This document shows, in pieces, positions 1 through 8,211 of a stretch of 11,037 nucleotides of DNA; position 1 is the stretch's first letter, and each line of letters begins with the position of its first letter. Origin of the DNA: a virus (lineage: Duplodnaviria; Heunggongvirae; Uroviricota; Caudoviricetes). The stretch lies in the IMG/VR virus record IMGVR_UViG_2778261674_000010; one strand, given 5' to 3'. The notes beneath the pieces are model-generated. The model ran no database searches. It had not been told where the DNA came from and worked only from the letters and a program-made list of their open reading frames with translations. Position numbers and translations under genes: made by a program.

Positions 1-124
1 ATATCGAGTTCGCACATCTTGTTGTCTGATTATTGATTTTTCGCGAAACCATTTGATCATATGACAAGATGTGTATCTACCTTAACTTAATGATTTTGAT
101 AAAAATCATTAGGGGATTCATCAG
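1..124 (-). mobile_element. IS10 (IS4 family) outside-end segment; element body lies left of the window
   Basis: Reverse complement of 1-124 reads CTGATGAATCCCCTAATGATTTT...CATATGATCAAATGGTTTCGCGAAAAATCAATAATCAGACAACAAGATGTGCGAACTCGATAT, which I recognise as the IS10/Tn10 outside end, including the transposase start ATGTGCGAACTCGATAT (ATG at 17..15, minus strand). Terminus GGGGATTCATCAG at 112-124. Flanking 9 bp TGCTTTGCC (125-133) fits the IS10 target consensus NGCTNAGCN. A few mismatches to the sequence I remember; recognition from memory only. Confidence 0.75.
10..78 (+). ncRNA. IS10 RNA-OUT antisense RNA (predicted by position within the IS10 end)
   Basis: Established IS10 layout: pOUT initiates about 115 bp from the outside end and yields a roughly 69-nt RNA antisense to the transposase 5' end. 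Mapped onto window coordinates this is about 10-78 (+). The expected stem is present: CACATCTTGTTGTC near 14-27 pairs with GACAAGATGTG at 64-74. Boundaries are not experimentally defined here. Confidence 0.4.
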
Positions 125-866
125 TGCTTTGCCACCCATTGAACAACAATTTTATGAGACATCCAGCAAAGGCAAAATTCCTCTGTTGCAACGGTTATTA
201 AGCTTGCATCAGCCATCCTCTTGCGTGGTGTTTTGCAATACCAAAAAAGATTGCCAGGCTGTCTGCGACGCGCTGAATGAAGTAGGGCAAAGTGCATTGT
301 CGTTACACGGCGATCTGGAGCAACGCGATCGCGATCAGACTCTGGTACGTTTTGCTAACGGTAGCGCCCGTGTACTGGTTGCTACTGATGTTGCTGCGCG
401 TGGTCTGGATATTAAATCGCTTGAGCTGGTGGTGAACTTTGAGCTGGCGTGGGACCCTGAAGTTCATGTACATCGCATCGGTCGTACAGCTCGTGCAGGA
501 AATAGCGGTCTGGCGATCAGTTTCTGTGCTCCGGAAGAAGCACAGCGGGCCAATATCATTTCTGACATGTTGCAGATAAAACTTAACTGGCAAACGCCGC
601 CAGCTAATAGTTCCATTGTGCCGCTGGAAGCAGAAATGGCAACGTTGTGTATCGATGGCGGGAAAAAAGCCAAAATGCGCCCGGGTGATGTATTAGGTGC
701 ACTGACAGGAGATATCGGGCTTGATGGCGCAGATATTGGCAAAATCGCCGTGCATCCGGCGCATGTCTATGTCGCGGTGCGTCAGGCTGTTGCTCATAAA
801 GCATGGAAACAGTTACAGGGCGGGAAGATTAAAGGAAAAACGTGCCGGGTGCGGTTATTAAAATAA
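125..866 (+). pseudogene. dbpA: dbpA 3' fragment (ATP-dependent RNA helicase DbpA, C-terminal helicase and RNA-binding domains), interrupted by IS10
   Basis: Frame reading from 126 encodes ALPPIEQQFYETSSKGKIPLLQRLL...ARGLD...HRIGRTARAGNSG...KTCRVRLLK, with stop at 864-866 (DEAD-box motifs V and VI plus the DbpA C-terminal domain). Upstream of 125 the same frame runs into the IS10 end and hits stops. The ATG at 69 in the ORF track lies inside IS10 and is not a real start. Confidence 0.85.
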
Positions 867-914
867 TGAAATGTTGAATTGCCGGGTGCAAGAGTAAACA
901 TCTTATGCGGGATT

Positions 915-984
915 GCCGGATGCGACGCTGGCCGCGTCTTATCCGGCCTCCATAAGAGTAGCCCGATACGCTTGCGCATCGGGC
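915..984. repeat. REP-type extragenic palindromes between convergent dbpA and ttcA
   Basis: GCCGGATGCGACGCTGGCCGCGTCTTATCCGGC (915-948) is a classic REP unit (GCCGGAT/ATCCGGC arms with inner GACGC/GCGTC). A second hairpin GCCCGAT...ATCGGGC sits at 961-984. Related TGCCGGGTGC copies occur at 843-852 and 880-889. Likely serves as a bidirectional terminator or stabiliser. Confidence 0.6.
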
Positions 985-994
985 GCTATCCTGG

Positions 995-1930
995 TTATTT
1001 CACTTCAACCACATTCAGCCGTAACTCATCCAACTGATTTTCATCTTCTTCTGGCTGCCAGCCCGCCGGTTGTAGTGGGATCTCTTCGCGATCAAACGCC
1101 AGATCACCCCCGTTAACCACTTCAGAACCGTGGGTAATGCCTTTGAAATCGAACAGGTTGGTATCGCACAGATGCGACGGCACCACATTCTGCATCGCGC
1201 TGAACATCGTCTCGATACGCCCTGGATAACGTTTATCCCAGTCACGCAACATGTCAGCAATCACCTGACGTTGCAGGTTAGGCTGTGAACCGCACAGGTT
1301 GCACGGAATAATCGGGAACGCTTTTGCATCGGCAAATCGCTGAATATCTTTCTCGCGGCAGTAGGCCAGCGGACGAATAACGATATGTTTGCCATCATCG
1401 CTCATCAGTTTCGGAGGCATACCTTTCATCTTGCCGCCGTAGAACATATTTAAGAACAACGTTTGCAGGATATCGTCACGATGGTGACCCAACGCGATCT
1501 TCGTCGCCCCCAGTTCCGTTGCGGTACGATAAAGGATACCGCGACGAAGGCGAGAACACAGTGAGCAAGTGGTTTTGCCCTCTGGAATCTTCTCTTTCAC
1601 GATACCGTAAGTATTCTCTTCAACAATCTTGTACTCAACGCCCAGCTTTTCAAGATACTCGGGCAGAACGTGTTCCGGGAAGCCCGGTTGCTTTTGATCG
1701 AGGTTAACAGCCACCAGCGAAAAATTGATTGGCGCGCTTTGCTGCAAATTGCGCAGAATCTCCAGCATGGTATAGCTGTCTTTACCCCCGGAGAGGCAAA
1801 CCATGATGCGATCGCCTTCTTCAATCATATTGAAGTCAGCAATGGCTTCGCCCACGTTACGACGCAGACGTTTTTGTAATTTGTTCAGGTTGTATTGTTC
1901 TTTCTTTGTAATTTGTTGATTATCTTGCAT
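995..1930 (-). CDS. ttcA: tRNA 2-thiocytidine biosynthesis protein TtcA (PP-loop ATPase)
   Basis: 311-aa ORF beginning [18 protein letters not shown], with PP-loop motif CLSGGKDS and CxxC pairs (CSLC, CNLC). ATG at 1930..1928. Convergent with dbpA. Confidence 0.93.
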   Translation of the reverse strand: MQDNQQITKKEQYNLNKLQKRLRRNVGEAIADFNMIEEGDRIMVCLSGGKDSYTMLEILRNLQQSAPINFSLVAVNLDQKQPGFPEHVLPEYLEKLGVEYKIVEENTYGIVKEKIPEGKTTCSLCSRLRRGILYRTATELGATKIALGHHRDDILQTLFLNMFYGGKMKGMPPKLMSDDGKHIVIRPLAYCREKDIQRFADAKAFPIIPCNLCGSQPNLQRQVIADMLRDWDKRYPGRIETMFSAMQNVVPSHLCDTNLFDFKGITHGSEVVNGGDLAFDREEIPLQPAGWQPEEDENQLDELRLNVVEVK

Positions 1931-1981
1931 TATTTCAGTTCTCTGGTACTAAATGGGGCAAATTGGGGGCAAACTTTGCAA
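1931..1981. other. Host-prophage junction (attL region) between the ttcA start and the intR stop; core position not resolved
   Basis: 51-bp gap between ttcA ATG (1930) and intR stop (1982-1984). Contains the direct repeat GGGGCAAA at 1955-1962 and 1966-1973 with 11-bp phasing. Rac is known to be integrated at the 5' end of ttcA, so the crossover core may lie inside the ttcA 5' coding region rather than in this gap. Confidence 0.4.
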
Positions 1982-3217
1982 CTACGATAACCGCGCATTC
2001 AACATGGCTATCTGTTCGTCGTTCATGTCATCAATCCACATACCGTAAATTTCATACACCATCTGCGCAGTTTCATGCCCCATTTGGCTGGCTATAAATG
2101 CCGGGTTCGCTCCTGCCGTCAACAGCCAGCAGGCAAAAGTATGCCGCGTATGGTACGGATTACGGCGGCGAATACCAGCACGTTTTACTGCTGCATTCCA
2201 CCTTGCCCCCAAACTGCTTACCGAGTAATAAGGTTTTTGTTTTCCGTTACACACCCTGGGCATGAAAACAAAATGCAGTTTTTGCTTTTCGGTTCTGCCG
2301 TACTCCCGATGATAAAAGGTGATTTCGCTTTTGCGATGATGCCCGGTCAGTTTGTATTGCTCCTTCAGTGCTTCAAGAGCAGGCTGCAGTAGTGTTACTG
2401 TTCGGATCCCGGCATTTGTTTTTGGGGGACCGAACATATCAAGTATCGTCAGGTTTCTTCTGACATTCACTATTCCCTTTTCGAGATCCACATCCTCCCA
2501 CGCCAGAGCTGCCAGTTCCCCGTGACGAAGTCCTGAGTAAACGGCAAATTTCCACAAGTTCTGGCTCTGTCCTTTTTCACTTTCCATTAATGCATTGAAT
2601 TCTGTTTTAGATAACGGATCAGGCTTTATTCTGTTTCGCTGTAATTTTTTTACTCCTTCAAATGGTTTGGTTGATATAAATCCCGACTGATACGCAAAAC
2701 GCAACAGCGAACAGAGCAGGGCGATATAGTTATCAACTGTGCGCACGGTTCTTCCTTTTTTGTTGGATCTTGGATTATCCAGGTAAAGCGTTTCTCCATG
2801 CAGCAGTTCATTCCGGTAGTTTAAGATATCGCTATAACGAATATGTGATATCGGGGTACTTTCACAAATTATTATTCTGAGTGTTTTTAATTGTGATTTC
2901 GTTTTCTTCATTGTGTTTGTTGTTAACTCTGTCTCTTTAATTTTTGTCCAGATATCACAAAGCTCTCCGAACGTTTTTATGACTCTCGTTGTCACCATTT
3001 TTGCCCCAGTGCTGGACTGGGGAAAACGTCTTAAATACTCAAATTCACCGGAGTTTATTTCATGAACTATCAGCGCTCTTAAATTTCCGGCCTTTTTAAT
3101 ATTACTGTTTGTAATCTCCCAGCCTTTTAATGTTTCCCGACATCGTTTTCCTCGAAACATGAACCAGATGCGAATGTATCTACCTCTAATCTCGACACCT
3201 GTTGGTAATTTAGACAT
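1982..3217 (-). CDS. intR: Rac prophage tyrosine integrase
   Basis: 411-aa ORF beginning MSKLPTGVEIRGRYIRIWF. C-terminal catalytic region carries tyrosine-recombinase signatures (LRHGELAAL, HTRHTFA, a C-terminal Tyr in VYEIYG). ATG at 3217..3215, immediately downstream of the xisR stop (3219-3221). Confidence 0.93.
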   Translation of the reverse strand: MSKLPTGVEIRGRYIRIWFMFRGKRCRETLKGWEITNSNIKKAGNLRALIVHEINSGEFEYLRRFPQSSTGAKMVTTRVIKTFGELCDIWTKIKETELTTNTMKKTKSQLKTLRIIICESTPISHIRYSDILNYRNELLHGETLYLDNPRSNKKGRTVRTVDNYIALLCSLLRFAYQSGFISTKPFEGVKKLQRNRIKPDPLSKTEFNALMESEKGQSQNLWKFAVYSGLRHGELAALAWEDVDLEKGIVNVRRNLTILDMFGPPKTNAGIRTVTLLQPALEALKEQYKLTGHHRKSEITFYHREYGRTEKQKLHFVFMPRVCNGKQKPYYSVSSLGARWNAAVKRAGIRRRNPYHTRHTFACWLLTAGANPAFIASQMGHETAQMVYEIYGMWIDDMNDEQIAMLNARLS

Positions 3218-3218
3218 A

Positions 3219-3434
3219 TCATGAGTCTTTGATAAACTGATTTATCTTTGGATAGTTGTACCAGATAATCCCTCGTTTGCTGTCTGGCTTACCTAAAGGA
3301 GATACTCGTTTGAAGTGGAAGCCCTCCACCCAACAGTTCTGGCGGTATGCTTCAATTTGTCTGGCCCCCAGACCAGTGCGAAGCATCAGGCCGTATTCAA
3401 CCATCCACTCTTCATTAAAGATTACTTGTGCCAT
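3219..3434 (-). CDS. xisR: Excisionase-like protein (Rac XisR/YdaQ)
   Basis: 71 aa from the ATG at 3434..3432: [79 protein letters not shown] lies 5 nt upstream. The ORF-track start at 3458 is a TTG with no SD. The stop is 1 nt from the intR start, suggesting translational coupling. Confidence 0.85.
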   Translation of the reverse strand: MAQVIFNEEWMVEYGLMLRTGLGARQIEAYRQNCWVEGFHFKRVSPLGKPDSKRGIIWYNYPKINQFIKDS

Positions 3435-3485
3435 CGCATCACCTCTGGCAGGCGCCAATGTTAGACTGAAATTGACGCCCGATGT

Positions 3486-3501
3486 TGATTATTAATAATC
3501 A
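3486..3501. promoter_or_regulatory. 16-bp perfect AT-rich palindrome TGATTATTAATAATCA upstream of xisR-intR
   Basis: Exact dyad symmetry seen directly in the sequence, 52-67 bp upstream of the xisR start in the ydaC-xisR gap. Function is inferred only (candidate binding site for a regulator of xis-int or a nucleoid protein). Confidence 0.3.
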
Positions 3502-3512
3502 GCTATGAAGTT

Positions 3513-3722
3513 TTAATTTGAATACAATGCAATTCTCGAGGACTGAAGTTTCTCGCAATTAAAATTTATCAGTTTTACTTTCTGCTCTCTGGAAACGCCT
3601 GCTTCTTTTTTACCTGAGAGCATTTTTTCGCATTCTGATTTCGTTAGTTTAGATTTTGAATATCTTGTCCAGTTAGTAGGAGTGCCACCTTCCTTTTCAA
3701 TAGTGGCGGTAATTTTATACAT
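3513..3722 (-). CDS. ydaC: Rac prophage small protein YdaC (function unknown)
   Basis: 69 aa from the ATG at 3722..3720: MYKITATIEKEGGTPTNWTRYSKSKLTKSECEKMLSGKKEAGVSREQKVKLINFNCEKLQSSRIALYSN. A strong SD GGAGGTG sits inside the last codons of ralR. Overlaps ralR by 8 nt. Confidence 0.8.
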   Translation of the reverse strand: MYKITATIEKEGGTPTNWTRYSKSKLTKSECEKMLSGKKEAGVSREQKVKLINFNCEKLQSSRIALYSN

Positions 3723-3909
3723 GAACACCTCCATTATTATTTCCAGTGGTTCGTTTATTCCATCTTTCGAGTGCTTCTTTTTCACTTCCACCATAACCGG
3801 TTCGGGATTCGCATCCGTTACACTTCGCTCGGTAATATCCTGAAATGGCTTTCACCGTTACTGATGGACAACCACAAAATGGACATGGTTTAACATTGTC
3901 ATATCTCAT
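3715..3909 (-). CDS. ralR: RalR (Lar family restriction-alleviation protein; DNase toxin of the RalR/RalA type I toxin-antitoxin pair)
   Basis: 64 aa from the ATG at 3909..3907: MRYDNVKPCPFCGCPSVTVKAISGYYRAKCNGCESRTGYGGSEKEALERWNKRTTGNNNGGVHV. Zinc-ribbon-like CPFCGC...CNGC cysteines. Weak SD; alternative in-frame ATGs at 3921 and 3948 are possible. Confidence 0.82.
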   Translation of the reverse strand: MRYDNVKPCPFCGCPSVTVKAISGYYRAKCNGCESRTGYGGSEKEALERWNKRTTGNNNGGVHV

Positions 3910-3938
3910 AATTTTTCTCATAAAAAATATTTCAAGTT

Positions 3939-3957
3939 GGCGGTGCATTACACCGCC
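3939..3957. other. GC-rich hairpin in the recT-ralR intergenic region
   Basis: GGCGGTG-CATTA-CACCGCC: 7-bp perfect stem with a 5-nt loop. On the minus-strand transcript it is followed about 12 nt later by a U-rich run (AUAUUUUUUAU), so it is not a canonical intrinsic terminator. It could be a processing or stability element, or part of an antisense RNA. Confidence 0.3.
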
Positions 3958-3965
3958 AGGCTGAA

Positions 3966-4775
3966 TTATTCCTCTGAATTATCGATTACACTGTATTCCC
4001 CGGTTAATACAGAGGAATCTGCAGGATCGATTGTCAGTGGTTCCTTTTCATCCATTGATACTGCACGCTGGATCTCAATTGATACGGGCAGATATTTGAA
4101 CAGGCGACGAATAGCCGTTTTCTTTGCCATTTCTTCCCAGTGAGTTACCCACGGCCCGTTATTACCAGCTTTACTCAGGCTGCGCACCAGCTCAATCTGT
4201 TTGCGCGTCATAACTTCAAACTGAGTACCTCCGTCTTTCAGTCTTGCGACAGCATAGACGTGGGTAACCGGGGCATCTTCGTTTTCTCCCGGGCGGTGTA
4301 TTAACTTTTCATCAAGGCCAAATTCGAAGCTAAACTCGTCACCTTCACGGACAACACGGGCTGACAGGCTGGCGATTTGACCAGAACGGCGAGCCAGATC
4401 AATCATGCCGCGATAGCCAATGATTAGCTGAACGTTCTTTTTACCGCTCTTTTCGTTTTTATTACCAAAAGGCAGTAAATATGCATGACCGAGGGCGCTA
4501 CCTGGCTCAAGTCCGAGCTGTGAACACTGTACGATCGCACTGACAAAACTCATAGTGTCACAGTTTCCTAACGCCGGAACTTTACGAATTTCTGTGGTGG
4601 CGATACGGATCATACGTTCAGCCGTCATATGGCGTGGAAGAGCTGCTGCCAGTTGCTCTTTCATTGATGGCTGGTTAATAAAACTAATCACGTCGCTATT
4701 TTTAACTGCTGCTGGTGCACGGTTTCCCTGAGTTTTTTGCAGATCGGCTTTTGCGATTGGTGGTTGCTTAGTCAT
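3966..4775 (-). CDS. recT: RecT single-strand annealing recombinase
   Basis: 269 aa from the ATG at 4775..4773: [50 protein letters not shown]..., the RecT/Redbeta family protein of Rac. Start overlaps the recE stop by 8 nt (ATGACTAA). The ORF-track start at 4832 is an upstream extension. Confidence 0.93.
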   Translation of the reverse strand: MTKQPPIAKADLQKTQGNRAPAAVKNSDVISFINQPSMKEQLAAALPRHMTAERMIRIATTEIRKVPALGNCDTMSFVSAIVQCSQLGLEPGSALGHAYLLPFGNKNEKSGKKNVQLIIGYRGMIDLARRSGQIASLSARVVREGDEFSFEFGLDEKLIHRPGENEDAPVTHVYAVARLKDGGTQFEVMTRKQIELVRSLSKAGNNGPWVTHWEEMAKKTAIRRLFKYLPVSIEIQRAVSMDEKEPLTIDPADSSVLTGEYSVIDNSEE

Positions 4776-7368
4776 TTGCATATTCCTTAGCCCAGCGGGG
4801 CAGTGATAATGTCTTAATAGCTGGCCATTCATCGGTATTCAGGCAGTCAGACAGGGTTCGCAGATTGCGGTGATATTCCTGTTGACCTGCCAGTTTTGCT
4901 TCTTCGCCCATCATGAAAATTTCAACCGGATAACGTCCGCATTCAATAGTTGTGCTGGCAACCAGAAAAACGAAAGTTGGCTGCACTCCAAACTGTGCTT
5001 CATAACCGTCACTGTAGAACGCATCCTGAACGTGATAGCGGTAGTCGTAATAAGCGGTTTTGAATCGTTGAATATCCGCCGTAGTTTTCACGTCCATGAT
5101 CCAGTGAAATTCAGGGATAATTTTGTCCGGACGGCACCGACACAAAATTCCTGTTTCAGGATCTTCCCAGTAAATTGATGATTCAGCGTGTCCGGCGCTT
5201 TCAACAAGCCATTGCCCCAGCGGCAAAGCCATAACGCTTTGATACATGAGTTCAATTTTCCGGCCTTCTTCCGCAGTGATAACCGTTTTTCCTGTGCTTG
5301 CGCATTCCATCAGAAACGCTTTCTCTTCTTCTTTTCCGGCGTTTGTACGGCGGTTAAATTCAGGTGCTACGATAAAGCGGTTACTGAATTCTTCCGGTTC
5401 AAGTACCCGGCAGTGGAAAGCAGTTCCTAAATCGAGCGTTTTTGTCTTTGTGGTGTCCACGGGGGCATTTTTACGCCACAAATATAGTGCCGGAGTATCA
5501 GCAATGTCATCGAGCTGAGACTTACTGATACCGGGACCCGCGTGGTAATTCTCATTCGAAATTCCGTAATAAATACCTGGCTCTATGTCTTCTACGATTA
5601 CGGGATCTGCGACTTCGCCAGTTTCATCACTGCAATCGCGATGCGGATCGCTGCCAGCATTCTCATTGTGCGGATGTTCAGCGCCTTCCATTTCCTCCGG
5701 ATCATTTTCCTTAGCTTCAACCTGACTCTCTTCATCGAATGTTTCCTGGTATGTTGCGTCGCCCATCACCGCACCACAGTCAGGGCAGTTATCCCCGCCA
5801 GTCTGGCCGCAGGCATTGCAGGCTATTTCCGGTTCCTGTTGCACTACTGGCTCAGGTTGATTCATATCTGGGCTGGTTTTTTCCGTTTCTGGCTGGTTCT
5901 GGTACACACAATCGCGAGTCTGGATCCCCTTTACCCATTTCGGATCGTTCGGGTCGCTAATTCCGTCAACAAATTCACCACGTGATGCAGCAAGCAATTT
6001 ATCGGCATCGACAGGATTTTTTGATGGAATGTTTTTCCGGGCTTCATGGAGTTCTGCCCGCAGTTCCTGATATTTCGCATCAACAGAATTTACCTGTGAC
6101 TGAGCATCCAGCGGCTGCGTGTCCTGATGATGTTCAGTTGCGTCCGGTTCCATTGTTTCAGCCTCTCCCTGTTCAACTGCCGTTGTTCCAGATGGTTGCG
6201 GTTTTTCTTCATCATCCTGTTTTCCTTCTTCTGTTACTCGCTGCGGCATCGGGGCAGAGGAGCGACCGCAGGCAATATCCACGATTTCCGGATCAGGGTT
6301 GGCATGATCGGTTTCAGTCAGTACTTTGTTCAGATATTCAGTGACGTGCGCGGGGATGACCTCGATCCCAATTGGTGCTTCTTTTACGGACGCAACCACG
6401 ATGGCGCGGGAATAATCCAGCCCGCCAGGCATGGTGATGAATTTGTCGCGGAAAACAGAAAAGGGCGGTTTATTTTCAGCGATAATTTCCTCAATGCGTT
6501 TAGCGTGTGCCGGATGAAGGTTATAGATGTCCAGATCCATTGAACGGGCCAGTACGCCAGTGGCTACGTCGCGCGCCAGTGACGTCAGATCGTGTACGAA
6601 ACCTTCGCCGCGATCGGTGAGGTTTCCGCCGCCAGCATTAGCACCGGAAGCCGTGCAAGTGATGTGTGAAACACGATTACCCTTCATCCACTCTTTTGTC
6701 AGCAGTCCTCGATCGGTGTAGTCAGCGTTCAGGTATGCTTCGAAAAAAGCAGTTATCAGTCCCAGGTTTGAATTACCAGGATTAGGGAAAACTTTGTCAG
6801 TGTCACGAACCAGTTTGTGGAGTTCGCGAATTTCCAGCGGGTCGAGCAGGCTGGTTTTGTGGGAAACAGCCAGGGCAGTAACAGCCGGTAGTTCTTCAGC
6901 CCGAGCAATGTGTAATGCCTGGAGTCCGTCGCGTGAAACGTGCGTTACCGGTTTTTCGCTGCCGTGTTGAGCAAGCCAACGAATGGGCAGTTCCTGGCCA
7001 GAAATTGGGAGTAGCATATTCTCCTCAATCTCAGTCATGTCTTCGCCGTTGACGTTGGTATTGCCTTGATAGTGAGCGTTGTCTGGTGCTGCTCCCGGTT
7101 TTAGTTCCCATGTCATGGAGTCTTTGCTGAGTTGATAGCGTTCACTCCAGGTAAAATCGATCTCACCTTCAGCGGGCAGGTCATTAACGACAGGAAAATT
7201 CGTGGCAACAGCTTTAAAATAGCTGCTCAGTTTTTTACCTGACTTAACGATCAGGTAGTCCAGAGTGGCACAGGTCGATTCAAAATCGTTGCTTGCCCAC
7301 AGGACGACGTCAGGTTCACCGGATGATTTTTTCGCTTTCCGTAACAGGAAGAGTGGTTTTGTGCTCAT
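4768..7368 (-). CDS. recE: RecE (exonuclease VIII), full length 866 aa
   Basis: ORF beginning [24 protein letters not shown] and ending ...[12 protein letters not shown]-terminal PD-(D/E)XK nuclease region [18 protein letters not shown] (D748, D759, K761 by my count). SD AGGT about 9 nt upstream of the ATG at 7368. Confidence 0.93.
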   Translation of the reverse strand: MSTKPLFLLRKAKKSSGEPDVVLWASNDFESTCATLDYLIVKSGKKLSSYFKAVATNFPVVNDLPAEGEIDFTWSERYQLSKDSMTWELKPGAAPDNAHYQGNTNVNGEDMTEIEENMLLPISGQELPIRWLAQHGSEKPVTHVSRDGLQALHIARAEELPAVTALAVSHKTSLLDPLEIRELHKLVRDTDKVFPNPGNSNLGLITAFFEAYLNADYTDRGLLTKEWMKGNRVSHITCTASGANAGGGNLTDRGEGFVHDLTSLARDVATGVLARSMDLDIYNLHPAHAKRIEEIIAENKPPFSVFRDKFITMPGGLDYSRAIVVASVKEAPIGIEVIPAHVTEYLNKVLTETDHANPDPEIVDIACGRSSAPMPQRVTEEGKQDDEEKPQPSGTTAVEQGEAETMEPDATEHHQDTQPLDAQSQVNSVDAKYQELRAELHEARKNIPSKNPVDADKLLAASRGEFVDGISDPNDPKWVKGIQTRDCVYQNQPETEKTSPDMNQPEPVVQQEPEIACNACGQTGGDNCPDCGAVMGDATYQETFDEESQVEAKENDPEEMEGAEHPHNENAGSDPHRDCSDETGEVADPVIVEDIEPGIYYGISNENYHAGPGISKSQLDDIADTPALYLWRKNAPVDTTKTKTLDLGTAFHCRVLEPEEFSNRFIVAPEFNRRTNAGKEEEKAFLMECASTGKTVITAEEGRKIELMYQSVMALPLGQWLVESAGHAESSIYWEDPETGILCRCRPDKIIPEFHWIMDVKTTADIQRFKTAYYDYRYHVQDAFYSDGYEAQFGVQPTFVFLVASTTIECGRYPVEIFMMGEEAKLAGQQEYHRNLRTLSDCLNTDEWPAIKTLSLPRWAKEYAND

Positions 7369-7441
7369 TGTTTTTTAACCTCAACTCAGATTAAAATTCG
7401 TTTTGTTCAGTGAATGATCTTGCCGGATACACACTGTTCAT

Positions 7442-7462
7442 AGCCTGCGCCATACGCAGGCT
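7442..7462. other. GC-rich hairpin AGCCTGCG-CCATA-CGCAGGCT in the racC-recE gap
   Basis: 8-bp perfect stem with a 5-nt loop, 8 nt beyond the racC stop. A T-rich run (ATTTCTTTCAGATTT, 7463-7477) follows on the plus strand only, so it looks like a plus-oriented intrinsic terminator rather than one that stops minus-strand readthrough from racC into recE. Confidence 0.3.
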
Positions 7463-7469
7463 ATTTCTT

Positions 7470-7745
7470 TCAGATTTCACCTTTTAATTTCATTGCAATT
7501 AGAGTTGCCAGAAATTCGGCTTTTTTTTCTGCGGGCAGATTCTTTCCGATATGCACCAGGCACATTTTTTTGACACCTTCATCAAGTGTTTTTACGTTGC
7601 CTGATGGACCATCGATATCAACCACAGTGAATGGGGTTTCTTTATTTTCTGTTTTAATTACGTAGCCAATGCGCTTTCCTTCCAGATTCACCTCGTGAAC
7701 AATGTCATCGGTAGTTACAACAGTGGCTTCATAATTGGTAATCAT
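7470..7745 (-). CDS. racC: Rac prophage protein RacC
   Basis: 91 aa from the ATG at 7745..7743: MITNYEATVVTTDDIVHEVNLEGKRIGYVIKTENKETPF...KLKGEI. SD AAGGAG about 7 nt upstream. The ORF-track start at 7793 is an upstream extension. Confidence 0.85.
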   Translation of the reverse strand: MITNYEATVVTTDDIVHEVNLEGKRIGYVIKTENKETPFTVVDIDGPSGNVKTLDEGVKKMCLVHIGKNLPAEKKAEFLATLIAMKLKGEI

Positions 7746-7819
7746 GTTTTTCTCCTTAATTAAGGTTGAGCGAATACCTGCCATTTCTGGCATAAATTCA
7801 GTTTCGAATAGTCAATTAA

Positions 7820-7990
7820 TTAAAGTTCATGTGCCATCTGGTCTTTTTCGGCACAAGCTTCACTGCAATATTTTCTCGGTTCGTCTTTTGATAAAATCCC
7901 GTGCATGAAGTGAAGCATTCTTTCAATAGCTTTGCTTTCTTCAACGTCTTTTTTGCAAAGGTGGTAAGCACATTTTATTTTCTTAGTCAT
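7820..7990 (-). CDS. ydaE: Small zinc-binding protein YdaE
   Basis: Hand translation of the minus strand from the ATG at 7990..7988 gives 56 aa: [56 protein letters not shown], stop at 7822..7820, with a C-x4-C...C-x3-C pattern. The ATG overlaps the kilR stop (ATGA). Too short for the ORF track. Confidence 0.8.
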   Translation of the reverse strand: MTKKIKCAYHLCKKDVEESKAIERMLHFMHGILSKDEPRKYCSEACAEKDQMAHEL

Positions 7991-8211
7991 CACCATGACT
8001 CCGCCTTTACAGGTAAACCATCACGACCGAGGAAGACTTTAATCATGCGGTCAGTAATGAATGTTTTTGTGGTCAGGTTACGAATATATAGTTTTCGCTT
8101 TTTAATATTGTTTGCCGAGGCAATATATGTCCGGCCTTCATGAAGAACATAATCGCCAGGAGTCACACACTGACGTGGTATTTCATCAGTTCCGAAGTGA
8201 TGTGCAATCAT
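7990..8211 (-). CDS. kilR: KilR (Rac Kil protein, cell-division/FtsZ inhibitor)
   Basis: 73 aa from the ATG at 8211..8209: [79 protein letters not shown] about 7 nt upstream. The ATG at 8223 in the ORF track has no SD. Confidence 0.85.

Noticed and set aside
69-866. ORF-track CDS starting at ATG 69 (265 aa)
   Set aside because: The first 19 codons lie inside the IS10 terminal sequence. The true reading frame is the 3' part of dbpA entering from the IS junction at 125; the ATG at 69 is not a genuine start.
2075-2392. Plus-strand ORF (105 aa) inside intR
   Set aside because: Antisense to intR, Cys/Arg-rich nonsense, no RBS.
3937-4143. Plus-strand ORF (68 aa) antisense to the recT 3' end
   Set aside because: Overlaps recT in antisense and has no SD. 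Kept only as a possible RNA element (see the hairpin at 3939-3957).
5188-6721. Series of plus-strand ORFs (80-147 aa) inside recE
   Set aside because: They are antisense to a confidently identified 866-aa gene and translate to hydrophobic or low-complexity sequence with no start signals. Typical shadow ORFs of an acidic, GC-skewed coding region.
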